Made by a program: the position numbers and the translations under genes. The notes under the pieces were generated by a model, which was not told the DNA's origin, did no database searches, and saw only the letters and a list, made by a program, of their open reading frames with translations. From assembly GCA_951406725.2 (NCBI GenBank), contig OX597827.1, positions 64,356,001 through 64,420,000 on the forward strand: a stretch of DNA of 64,000 bases, written 5' to 3'. This document shows, piece after piece, positions 12,886-25,294 of this stretch (positions are counted from its first letter, which is position 1; every line of letters starts with the position of its first letter). This DNA comes from Octopus vulgaris. Lineage: Eukaryota.

Positions 12886-13369
12886 CCGTAAATCCCCCAA
12901 ATTTAAAGGTCAAAATCCCTAGTGCATACTATATACGAGGTTAAAAATGAAAATTATTTTCTAAGTGTCCGAGTCTCTATTTGCTGTCCGGCAATGTTTA
13001 TTCAGACGCATTTTGTGATGTCGGGCGCGAAAATACCTTAAGCTAAGCCTGAAAGCGATGAAGTCATAAAAGAATCACCCATAACTTGCAGTAAGCAACA
13101 TTTATTGAACGTTATTACTGTTATTTCTTTATTTTCTGCAAACAAAATGCACAAAAAGCTACACGTTTGCATAATGTTATATATACAATAATAATAAAGG
13201 ACGTTACCGTATACATTTTTACAAACCAATGACGTTAAATAGACCCCCTTGACTCAAGTTAAAGAAGGGGTGCGTATTATACAAAGGGTTTAGGATTTTC
13301 AGAGGTACAGACCCCTAAAAATCCCAGGCGTATTATACTCAAGAGCGGACTATACTCGAGGATTTACGA
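12886..13369 (-). mobile_element. Tc1/mariner-pogo-type MITE, copy 2, inverted relative to copy 1
   Basis: Reverse complement of 8289-8736. TA|CCGTAAATCC at left (deletion just inside the TIR) and TATACTCGAGGATTTACGA|TA at right. Carries ~60 extra bp around 13028-13090. Confidence 0.88.
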
Positions 13370-13952
13370 TAATTCCATCTTTTGTTTATTTTTTGAGATT
13401 TTTTGTAGAAGTAATTGAAAGAAAAAAAAAACGCTAAAATTAAAAAAGCAATTATGTCATCGAAAAAAAGACTCCACCTCCAAAATTGAAAAGTGACATG
13501 AAAAAAAAATGGGTGAGGCGATAATTATGTAGCGAAACATAGCGGGTTGTGGTGGGAGCAATAGTGTGTGATCAGTGTTCTCAAATTGACCTGCTGGGTT
13601 CGGCTGTTCTGCATTGATTAGGAAAATAGTCTGCAGATGCCTGGCCAGCAAGAGGAAACGGCTGACCCCTCTGTTCGAAGGTTATAATGGACTCAGGTTC
13701 GTGTGTCACGTAGTTAGCTAGAGGCGATCGCCTCTTGGAGCTAATCAACGGCAGTATTCGTTCTATATTTTTGGACTGCCATAGTAGCTTGGCAATAACT
13801 ATTAATAATTGCAAATAGTTATCTCCCTTGGACTATGTCAATAGTTACCTCCCCTGGATTTATGTTTTTTGAAAATATATTTCCAACAACAAAATAATAT
13901 ATCTTCATCCAAAGCAACGATATTATAACACCTTATTCCGTTATTCGTTTGA

Positions 13953-14371
13953 TTGTTTCAGTCGTTTGACTGCGGCCATGCTGGAGCATCACCTTTAGCC
14001 GAGCAAATCGACCCCAGGACTTATTCTTTGTAAGCCTAGTACTTATTCTATCGGTCACTTGTGCTGAACCGCCAAGTTACGGTGACATAAACACACCAGC
14101 ATCGCAAACACCCCCCACACACACACACGCGCGCGCGTGCACGCACATATACATACGACGGGCTTCTTTCAGTTTCCGTCTATCAAATCCACTCATAAGG
14201 GTTTGGCGATAATTATGTAGCGAAACATAGCGGGTTGTGGTGGGAGCAATAGTGTGTGACCAGTGTTCTATAGCCCGAGGCTATAGTAGAAGACATTTGC
14301 CGACGTCGCCACGCAGTGGGACTGAACCCGCAACCATGTGATTGGCAAGCAATCTACTTACCACACAACCA
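13953..14371 (-). mobile_element. CORE-type SINE carrying a 65-bp foreign insertion
   Basis: Collinear with 6801-7218 except at 14205-14269, which duplicates 13517-13581. Confidence 0.88.
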
Positions 14372-14627
14372 AGTCGATGGCTTTCCGAACTGTTTGAATG
14401 TCTCTTGAGCATTGTTCAGTTCAGAATGGTTCTGATATCAAGCACAACTGAGGTTAACTCTCTTTTATCATCATTCAAAAGTTGATAATATAAAGAACCA
14501 ATAAAGTACTGGGATCGATATATAATCGATTGTTCTCCCCAGCCTTTTCCTAATGTAAGAAGTCGTTATTAGTGTGGAAACTGAGTGATAACGAAAGCCA
14601 GAATTGCAGATTCACCCCAAACACCGG

Positions 14628-15023
14628 TCTGTTTATCTGTCTGTCTGTCTGTCTGTCTGTCCGTTTGTCTGTCTGTCTGTTTGTCTGTCTGTCTATCTCT
14701 CTCAATCTGTCTCTGTCTGTTACTCTCTCTCTTTCACTCCTCTGTCTGTTACTCTCTCTCTTTCCCTCTATCTGTTACTCTCTTTCTGTCTGTTATTCTC
14801 TGTCTGTCTGTTACTCTCTCTCTCTGTCTGTTACTCTCTCTCTGTCTGTCAGTTGCTCTCTCTTTCCCTCTCTCTCTCTCCCCGGTTTGAATTGGAGTAG
14901 GTTTCTTCCAGTATACATTTATCACCGTCAGATGATAAATATATACTCTCTATCAATCTCTCTCACTCTCTCACTCACTCACTCACTCACTCACTCACTT
15001 ATTCTCCCTCCCCCTCTCTCTCT
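14628..15023. repeat. Compound pyrimidine-rich microsatellite (TCTG)n/(CT)n/TGTTACTCTC/(TCAC)n
   Basis: Read directly. Confidence 0.9.
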
Positions 15024-15226
15024 TAAGAGTATACCCTCTTAAGGCCTTTGCTTCCTATGGAGCTAAATTCATCAACGACTTTCGTCAACTGCTCTCAAAT
15101 CTCATTTCATCTTTTCTGCTTTTCTCGAGTTAGATCTGGGTTTTTTTCAGCTTTGCCTCAGTTTCTGTCTCCAGCTATTTTTAGGGCATCTGCTCTCCTC
15201 CCTCTCTGTGGACTCCAAGAATAAAA

Positions 15227-15228
<2 letters not shown>

Positions 15229-15277
<49 letters not shown>
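15229..15277. repeat. (AT)n microsatellite
   Basis: Read directly. Confidence 0.95.
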
Positions 15278-15278
<1 letters not shown>

Positions 15279-15380
15279 CGCTGTGAAGCTAAAACAATTA
15301 AACATGAATTATTTGCTATCGACATATATCGTCCCAGTACGCAGCTGGTGTGACGAAAAGTGGGTCTATTGCAGTGGTGT

Positions 15381-18300
15381 AAATGTTTGATGATAAATGT
15401 TTGATGAAAATGTTTGATGAAAATGTTTGATGAAAATGTTTGATGATAAATGTTTGATGAAAATGTTTGTTGATAAATGTTTGATGAAAATGTTTGATGA
15501 AAATGTTTGATGATAAACATTTGATGAAAATGTTTGATGAAAATGTTTGGTGAAAATGTTTAATGAAAACGTTTGATGATAAATGCTCGATGAAAAATGT
15601 GTGATAACAAATATTTGATGAAAATGTTTAATGATAAATGTTTGATGAAAATGTTTGATGAAAATGTTTGATGAAAATGTTTGATGATAAATGTTTGATG
15701 AAAATGTTTTAATAAATGTTTAATGAAAATGTTTGATGAATATGTTTGATGAAAATGTTTGATGATAAACATTTGATGAAAATGTTTGATGAAAATGTTT
15801 GGTGAAAATGTTTAATGAAAACGTTTGATGATAAATGTTCGATGAAAAATGTGTGATAACAAATATTTGATGAAAATGTTTATTGATAAATGTTTGATGA
15901 AAATGTTTGATGAAAAGTGTTTGATGATAAATGTTTGATGATAAATGACGATAAATGTTTGATGATAAATGTTTGATGATAAATGATTGATGAAAATGTT
16001 TGATGAAAATACTTGATTAAGATGTTTAATGAAAATGTTTGATGAAAATGTTTGAGTAAGATGTTTGAGGAAAATGTTTGATGAAAATGTTTGATTAAGA
16101 TGTTTGATGAAAATGTTTGATGTAAATGTTTGATGAAAATGTTTGATGAAAATGTTTGGTGAAAATGTTTAATGAAAACGTTTGATGAAAATGTTTGATG
16201 AAAATGTTTGATTAAGATGTTTGCTGAAAATGTTTAATGCAAATGTTTGATGAAAATGTTTGATGAAAATGTTTGATGAAAATGTTTGATGAAAATGTTT
16301 AATGAAAAATGTTTGATGATACATGTTTGATGATAAATGTTTGATGAAAATGTTTGATGAAAATGTTTGATGAAAGTGTTTGATGAAAATGTTTGATGAA
16401 AAATGTTTGATGATACATGTTTGATGATAAATGACGATAAATGTTTGATGATAAATGTTTGATGATAAATGATTGATGAAAAATGTTTGATGATACATGT
16501 TTGATGATACATGTTTGATGATAAATGTTTGATGAAAATGTTTGATGAAAATGTTTGATGATAAATGTTTGATGATAAATGTTTGTTGATAAATGTTTGT
16601 TGATAAACGTTTGATGAAAGTGTTTGATGATAAATCTTTGATGAAAGTGTTGTGATGAAAATGTTTGATAAAAATGTTTGATGATAAATGTTTGATGATT
16701 AATGTTTGATGAAAATGTTTGATGATAAATGTTTGATTAAAAAGTTTGAAGAACATGTTGGATGAAAATGTTTGATGAAAATGTTTGATGAAAATGTATG
16801 ATGAAAAATGTTTGATGATAAATGTTTGATGAAAAATATTTGATGATATATGTTTGATAAATGTTTGATGAAAATGTTTGATGATAATTGTTTAATGATA
16901 AATGTTTGATGAAAATATTTGATGAAAATGTTTGATGAAAAATGTTTGATGAAAATGTTTGATGAAAGTGTTTGGATGAAAATATATGGTGAAAATGTTT
17001 GATGAAAATGTTTGATTAAGATGTTTGATGAAAATGTTTGATGAAAATGCTTGATTAAGATGTTTGATGAAAATGTCTGATGAAAATGTTTGATGATAAA
17101 TGTTTCATGAAAATGTTTGATGATAAATGTTTAATGAAAATGTTTGTTGATAAATGTTTGATCATAAACGTTTGATGAAAATGTTTGGTGAAAATGTTTC
17201 ATGAAAACATTTGATGAAAATGTTTGATGAAAATGTTTGATTAAGATGTTTGCTGAAAATGTTTGATGTAAACGTTTGATAAAAATGTTTAATGAAAACG
17301 TTTGATGAAAATGTTTGATGAAAATGTTTGATTAAGATGTTTGCTGAAAATGTTTAATGTAAATGTTTGATGAAAATGTTTGATGAAAGTGTTTGATGAA
17401 AATGTCTGATGAAAAATGTTTGATGATAAATGTTTGATGATAAATGTATGATGAAAATGTTTCATGAAAAAAAATGTTTGATGATAAATGTTTGATGATA
17501 AATGTTTGTTGATAAATGTTTGTTGATAAACGTTTGATGAAAATGTTTGATGAAAGTGTTGTGATGAAAATGTTTGATAAAAATGTTTGATGATAAATGT
17601 TTGATGAAAATGTTTGATGATAAATGTTTCATGAAAATGTTTGATGAAAACGTTTGATGATAAACGTTTGATGAAAAAAGTTTGATGGAAATGTTTGGTG
17701 AAAATGTTTAATGAAAACCTTTGATGATAAATGTTTGATGAAAAATGTTTGATGATAAATGTTTGACGAAAATGTTTGTTGATAAATGTTTGATGATAAA
17801 TGTTTGATGATAAATGTTTGATTAAAACGTTTGATGAAAACGTTTGAGGTAAATATTTGATGAAAATATTTGGTGAAAATGTTTGATGAAAATGTATGAT
17901 GAAAATTGTTTGATGATAAATGTTTGATGAAAAATATTTCATGATAAATGTTTGATGATAAATGTTTGATGAAAATGTTTGATGATAATTGTTTAATAAT
18001 AAATGTTTGATGAAAATATTTGATGAAAATGTTTGATGAAAAATGTTTGATGTAAATGTTTGATGAAAGTGTTTGGATGAAAATATATGGTGAAAATGTT
18101 TGATGAAAATGTTTGATTAAGATGTTTGATGATATTGTTTGATGAAAATGTTTGATTAAGATGTTTCCTAAAAATGTTTGATGTAAATGTTTGATGAAAA
18201 GGTTTGATGAAAATGTTTGATGAAAATGTTTGATGAAAGTGTTTGATGAAAATGTTTCATGAAAATGTTTGATGAAAATGTTTGATGAAAGTGTTTGATG

Positions 18301-18417
18301 AAAATATTTGATGAAAAATGTTTGATGATACATGTTTGATGATAAATGTTTGATGAAAATGTTTGAAGAAAATGTCTGATGAAAAATGTTTGATGAAAGT
18401 GTTTGATGAAAGTGTTT
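15381..18417 (+). repeat. Satellite A main block, units TGATGAAAATGTT (13 bp) and TGATGATAAATGTT (14 bp)
   Basis: ~3 kb tandem array in one orientation, with internal duplications (e.g. 15500-15640 versus 15750-15890). Confidence 0.97.
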
Positions 18418-19430
18418 GAACTGGTTTGATCTGGTTTTATCCGGTTTGAACCAGTTTGAACTGGTTTGATCCGGTTTGAACTGGTTTGATCCGGCTTGAA
18501 CTGGTTTGATCCGGTCCAAACCGGACCAAACAAGTTCAAACTGGCTCAAACCGGTTCAACCCAGATCAAACCAGTTCAAACCAGATGAAACCGTTTTAAA
18601 CCGGTTCAAACCGGTTCATAACGGGTCAAACCAGTTCAAATCGGATCAATACGGTTCAAAACGTATCAAACCAGTTCAAACTAGATCAAACCGGTTCAAA
18701 CTGGTTCAAGCCGGTTCAAAACGGATCAAACCAGTTCAAACCAGATCAAACCGGTTCAAACCGAATCAAACCAGTTCAAACCAGATCAAACCGGTTCAAG
18801 CTGGTTCAAAACGGTTCAAACCGGTTCAAACCGGTTCAAAACAGATCAAACCAGTTAAAACCGTATCTAACCGGTTCAAAACGGATCAAACCAGTCCAAA
18901 CCGGATCAAATCGGTTCAAACCGGTTCAAACCGGATCAAGCCAAATTTCAGAATATTTAAAAATTTTATGAAAATTTTTCAAATATTTTATGAAAATTTT
19001 TGGTCAAAATTTTTTGAAAGTTTTGATCAAAGCGGTTTAAACCGGATCAAACCGGATGAAACTGGTTTGACCCTGTCTGGTTCGATCAGGTTTTGATCGG
19101 TCAGGTTCAAACCAGATCAAACCGGACCAAACAGGTGGAAACCGGATAAAACCGGTTCAACCCGGTTCAAAACAGATCAAACCAGTTCAAACCGGATCAA
19201 ACCGGTTCAAACCGTTTCGAAGCGGATCAAACCAGTTCAAATCGGTTCAAACTCGTTCAAACCGGATCAAACTGGTTTGAACTGGTTTGACCAATATTTC
19301 AGCCAAAATTTGACCAAACCGGCTTGACTGAAATTTTCAAAATATTTTCCAAAAAATTTTGACCAGTTTTAACCGGTTCGATCCGGTTTGAAGGTTCGAT
19401 CCGGTTTGAACCGGTTGCACCAAAAATTTT
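18418..19430. repeat. Satellite B, 10-bp unit AAACC(G/A)GTTC / AAACCGGATC
   Basis: Tandem 10-mers with orientation flips (e.g. ~18515), interrupted by AT-rich TGAAAATTTT-type stretches at ~18941-19030 and ~19290-19360. Confidence 0.95.
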
Positions 19431-19446
19431 TACAAGCGTTTTCAAA

Positions 19447-22400
19447 AAAATCCCCCTCTCAAATCCCCCTCTCTGGAATGTTCAACAATACTTCCTCCCC
19501 TTCCTCCTCTTCACCCCTCAAATCCCCACCTCTGGAATGTTCAACATTCCATCCTCCCTTTCCTCCCCTTCAGCCCTCAAACCCCCCTCTGTGGAATGTT
19601 CAACATTCCTTCCTCCCCTTCCTCCGCTTCACCTCTCAAATCCCACTCTCTGGAATGTTCAATATTCCTTCCTCCCCTTCCTCTACTTCACCCCTCATAT
19701 CACCCTCTCTGGAATGTTCAACATTCCTTCCTCCCCTTCATCTCTCAAATCCCCCTCTCTGGAATGTTCAATATTCCTTCCTCTCCTTCACCCCTGAAAT
19801 CCCCCTCTCTGGAATATTCAATGCGGTTCAAACCAGTTCAAACCGGATAAAACCGGTTCAAACCGGATCAAACCAGTTCAAACCGCATCAAACCGGTTCA
19901 AACCGGTTCAAACCGGATCAAACCTGTTCAAACCGGACCGAACTAGACAGGGTCAAACCAGTTTGATCCGGTTTGATCCGGTTTAAAACGGTTTCACCAA
20001 AACTGTTTCACCAAAATTGTTTGATGAAAATGTCTGATGAAAATGTTTGATGAAAATGCTTGATGAAAGTGTTTGATGATAAATGTTTTATGAAAATGTT
20101 TGATGTAAATGTTTGATGAAAATGTTTGATGAAAATGTTTCATGAAAAATGTTTTATGAAAATGTTTGATGATAAATGTTTGATGATAATTGTCTGATGA
20201 AAATGTTTGTCGATAAATGTTTGATGATAAAAGTTTGATGAAAATGTTTCACCTCTCAAATCCCCCTCTCTGGAATGTTCAATATCCTTTCCTCACATTC
20301 ACCTCTCAAATCCCCCTCTCTGATATGTTTAATTTTCGTTCCTCCCCTTCCACCGCTTCACCCCTCAAAACCCCCTCTCTGGAATGTTCAATATTCCTTC
20401 CTCCCCTTCCTCCCCTTCACCCCTCAAATCCCCCTCTCTGGAATGTTCAACATTCCTTCCTCCCCTTCCTCTTCTTCACCTCTCAAATCCACCTCTATGG
20501 AATGTTCAATATTCCTTCCTCCCCTTCACCCCTGAAATCCCCCTCTCTGGAATGTTAAAAATTTCCTTCCTCCCCTTCATCTCTCAAATCCCCCTCTCTG
20601 GAATGTTCAATATTCCTTCCTCTCCTTCACCCCTGAAATCCCCCTCTCTGGAATATTCAATGCGGTTCAAACCAGTTCAAACCGGATAAAACCAGTTCAA
20701 ACCGCATCAAACCGGTTCAAACCGGTTCAAACCGGATCAAACCTGTTCAAACCGGACCGAACTAGACAGGGTCAAACCAGTTTGATCCGGTTTGATCCGG
20801 TTTAAAACGGTTTCACCAAAACTGTTTCACCAAAATTGTTTGATGAAAATGTCTGATGAAAATGGTTGATGAAAGTGTTTGATGATAAATGTTTTATGAA
20901 AATGTTTGATGTAAATGTTTGATGAAAATGTTTGATGAAAATGTTTCATGAAAAATGTTTTATGAAAATGTTTGATGATAAATGTTTGATGATAATTGTC
21001 TGATGAAAATGTTTGTCGATAAATGTTTGATGATAAAAGTTTGATGAAAATGTTTCACCTCTCAAATCCCCCTCTCTGGAATGTTCAATATCCTTTCCTC
21101 ACATTCACCTCTCACATCCCCCTCTCTGATATGTTTAATTTTCGTTCCTCCCCTTCCACCGCTTCACCCCTCAAAACCCCCTCTCTGGAATGTTCAATAT
21201 TCCTTCCTCCCCTTCCTCCCCTTCACCCCTCAAATCCCCCTCTCTGGAATGTTCAACATTCCTTCCTCCCCTTCCTCTTCTTCACCTCTCAAATCCACCT
21301 CTATGGAATGTTCAATATTCCTTCCTCCCCTTCACCCCTGAAATCCCCCTCTCTGGAATGTTCAATATTCCTTCCTCCCTTTCACCCCTCAAATCCCCCT
21401 CACTGGAATGTTCAACATTCCTTCCTCCCCTTCACCCCTCAAATCCCCCTCTGTGGAATGTTCAACATTCCTTCCTTTCTTCCTCCCCATTACCTCTCAA
21501 ATCCCCCTTTCTGGATTGTTCAATATTCCTTCCTCCCCTTCCTCTCCTTCACCCCTCATATCCCCCCTCTGGAATGTTCAACATTCCCTCCTCCCCTTCC
21601 TCCCCTTCATTTGAAAAATCCCCCTCTCTGGAATGTTCAACATTCCTTTCTCCCCTTCCTCCACTTCACCCCTCAAATCCCCCCTCCGGAATGTTCAATA
21701 TTCCTTTCTCGCCATTCCTCCCCTTCACCTCTCAAATCCCCCTTTCTGGAATGTTCTACATACCTTCCTCCCCTTCCTCCCCTTCACTCCTCTAATCCCC
21801 CTCTCTGGAATGTTCGATACGAATCAAACCAGTTCAAACCGGACAAAACCGGTTCAAACAGGATCAAACCAGTTCAAACCGGTTCAAATTGGTTCAAACC
21901 GATTGAAACCGGATCAAATCTGTTCAAACCGGACCGAACCAGACAGGGTCAAACCAATTTGATCCGGTTTGATCCGGTTTAAACCGGTTTAACCAAAACT
22001 TTCAAAATTGTTTGATGAAAATGTCTGATGAAAATGTTTGATGAAATGTCTGATGAAAATGTTTGATGGAAATGTTTGATGAAAATGTTTGATGGAAATG
22101 TTTGATGAAAAATGTTTTATGTAAATGTATGATGATAACTGTTTCATGATAAATGTCTGATGAAAATGTTTGTTGATAAATGTTTCATGATAAACGTTTG
22201 ATGAAAATGTTTGTTGATAAATGTTTGAGGTAAATGTGTGATGAAAATGTTTGATGAAAATGTTTGATGAAAAATGTTTTATGAAAATGTGTGATGATAA
22301 ATGTTTCATGATAATTGTCAGATGAAAATGTTTGTTGATAAATGTTTGATGATAAACGTTTGATGAAAATGTTTTGTGACAATGTTTAATAAAAACTTTT

Positions 22401-22470
22401 GATGATAAATGTTTGATGACAATGAAAAGTGTTAGATGATAAATGTTTGATGATAAATGAGGATAAATCT
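19447..22470 (+). repeat. Three C-B-A satellite modules, including an ~806-bp tandem duplication
   Basis: C at 19447-19820, 20249-20659 and 21056-21815, each followed by B then A. The A-to-C junction ...GTCGATAAATGTTTGATGATAAAAGTTTGATGAAAATGTTTCACCTCTC is identical at ~20209 and ~21015. Confidence 0.93.
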
Positions 22471-25285
22471 TTGATCGGTCCAGTTCAAACCGGTTCAAAC
22501 CGGACCAAACCGGTACAAACCGAATAAAATCGGTTGAACGGGTAAAACCGGTTAAAACCAAGTCAAACCGTTTTAAACCGGTTCAAACCAAGTTCAAACC
22601 GGATCAAACCGTTTCAAACCGGTTCAGACCGGATCAAACCAGTTCAAACCGATTCAAACTGGTTCAAACTGGTTCAAAACGGTTCAAACCGGATCAAACC
22701 AGTTCAAACACTTTCATGAAACACTTTCATGAAAGATTTTTCATCAGACATTTTCATCAGATATTTTCATCAAACATTAAACCGGTTCAAACCGGCTCAA
22801 ACCAGATCAACCAGATCAGACAAGTTCAAACCGGGTCAAACTAATTCAAACCGGTTCAAACTGGTTCAAACCGGTACAAATCGAATAAAACCGGTTCAAA
22901 CCGGATCAAAATGTCTAATGAAAATGTTTGATGAAAAATGTTTGCTGAAAATGTTTGATGAAAAGGTCTAATGAAAAATGTTTGATGAAAGAGTTGGATG
23001 AAAGTGTTTGAACTTGTTTGATCTGGTTTGATCCGGTTTCAACCAGTTTGAACCAGTTTGAACCTGTTTGAACAAGTTTGAACCGGTTTGAACTGGTTTG
23101 ATCCGGTTCGAACCGGTTTGAACCAGTTTGAACTGGTTTGATCCGGGTCGAACCGGACCAAACCGGTATAAATCGAATAAAACCGGTTTAAACCAGATCA
23201 AAATGTCTGATGAAAATGTTTGATGAAAATGTTTGATGAAAATGTCTGATGAAAATGTCTGATGAAAATGTCTGATTAAAATGTCTGATGAATATGTCTG
23301 ATTAAAATGTCTGATGAAAAATGTTTGATGAAAATGTTTGATGAAAATGTCTAATGAAAAATGTTTGATGAAAGTGTTTGATGAAAGTGTTTGAACTTGT
23401 TTGATCTGGTTTGATCCTGTTTGAACCAGTTTGAACCGGTTTGAACCAGTTTGAACCAGTTTGAACCGCTTTGAACCAGTTTGAACTGATTTGACACGGT
23501 TTGATCTGGTTTGGACTGGTTTGATGCAGTTTGAACCGGTTTGAACCAGTTTGAAATGGTTTGAAACGGTTCAAACCGGACCAAACCGGTACAAATCGAA
23601 AAAACCCAGTTCAAACCGGATCAAAATGTCTGATGAAAATGCTTGATGAAAATGTCTGATGAAAATGTCTGATGAAAAATGATTGATGAAAAGGTTTGAT
23701 GAAAATGTCTCATTAAATATGTTTGATGAAAGTGTTTGAACTGGTTTGATCCTGTTTGATCAGGTTTGAACCGGTTTGAACCGGTTTGAACCAGTTTGAG
23801 CCGCTTTGAACCGGTTTGAACCAGCTTGAACCGGTTTGAACTGGTTTGATCCGGTTTGAACTAGTTTGATATGGTTTGATACGGTTTAAACCGGACCAAA
23901 CCGGTACAAATCGAAAAAAACCGGTTCACACCGGATAAAAATATCTGATGAAAATGTTTGATGAAAATGTTTGACGAAAATGCTTGATGAAAATGCTTGA
24001 TGAAAATGTTTGATGAAAATGTTTGATGAAAATGTTTGATGAAAATGTTTGATGAAAATGTCTGATGAAAGTCTTTGAACTGGTTTGATCTGGTTTGATC
24101 CTGTTTGAACCGGTTTGGACCGGTTTGAACCAGTTTGAACCAGTTTGAACTGATTTGACACGGTTTGATCTGGTTTGGACTGGTTTGATCCTGTTTGAAC
24201 CGGTTTGAACCAGTTTGAACAGGTTTGAAACGGTTCAAACCGGACCAAACCGGTACAAATCGAAAAAACCCAGTTCAAACCGGATCAAAATGTCTGATGA
24301 AAATGTTTGATGAAAATGTCTCATTAAAAATGTTTGATGAAAGTGTTTGAACTGGTTTGATCTTGTTTGATCAGGTTTGAACCGGTTTGAACCAGTTTGA
24401 GCCGGTTTGAACCGCTTTGAACCAGTTTGAACTGGTTTGATCCGGTTTGAACCAGTTTGAACTGGTTTGATACGGTTTAAACCGGACCAAACCGGTACAA
24501 ATCGAATAAAACCGGATCAAAATGTCTAATGAAAATGTTTGATGAAAATGTTTGTTGATAAATTTTTGATGATAAAAGTTTGATGAAAATGTTTGATGTA
24601 AATGTTTGGGGAAAATGTTTGAAGAAAGTGTTTGATGAAAGTGTTTGAACTGGTTTGAACTGGTTTGATCCGGTTTGAACAAGTTTGAACCGGTTTGAAC
24701 CAGTTTGAACCGGTTTGAACTGGTTTGTCCCGGTTTGAGCCGGTTTGAACTGGTTTGACCCGGTTTGAACTGGTTTGAACCAGTTTGAACTGGTTTGATA
24801 CGGTTCAAACCGGACCAAACCGGTACAAATGGAATAAAACAGGTTCAGACCGGATCAAAATGTCTGATGAAAATGTTTGATGAAAATGTTGGATGAAAAT
24901 GTTTGAGGAAAATGTTTGATGAATATGTCTGATGAAAATATTTGATGAAAAATGTTTGATGAAAATGTCTAATGAAAAATGTTTGATGAAAGTGTTTGAT
25001 GAAAGTTTTTGAACTGGTTTCATCCGGTTTAAACCGGTTTGAACCAGTTTGAACCAGTTTGAACCGTTTTGAATTGGTTAGATCCGGTTTGAACTTGTTT
25101 GATGTGGTTGATCCCGTTTGAGCCGGTTTGAACCGGTTTAATGTTTGATGAAAATGTCTGATTAAAATTTCTGATGAAAAATGTTTGATGAAATGTTTGA
25201 TGAAAGTGTTTGGACTGGTTTGATCCGGTTTGAACCGGTTTGAACAGTTTGAACCAGTTTAAACCGGTTTGAACTGGTTTGATCA
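22471..25285. repeat. Alternating A/B modules of ~300-400 bp joined by a conserved linker
   Basis: Linker AAACCGGACCAAACCGGTACAAATCGAA(T/A)AAAACC...GGATCAAAATGTCT recurs at ~22870, 23155, 23575, 23890, 24240, 24480 and 24810. Confidence 0.93.
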
Positions 25286-25294
25286 TGTCTGAAC

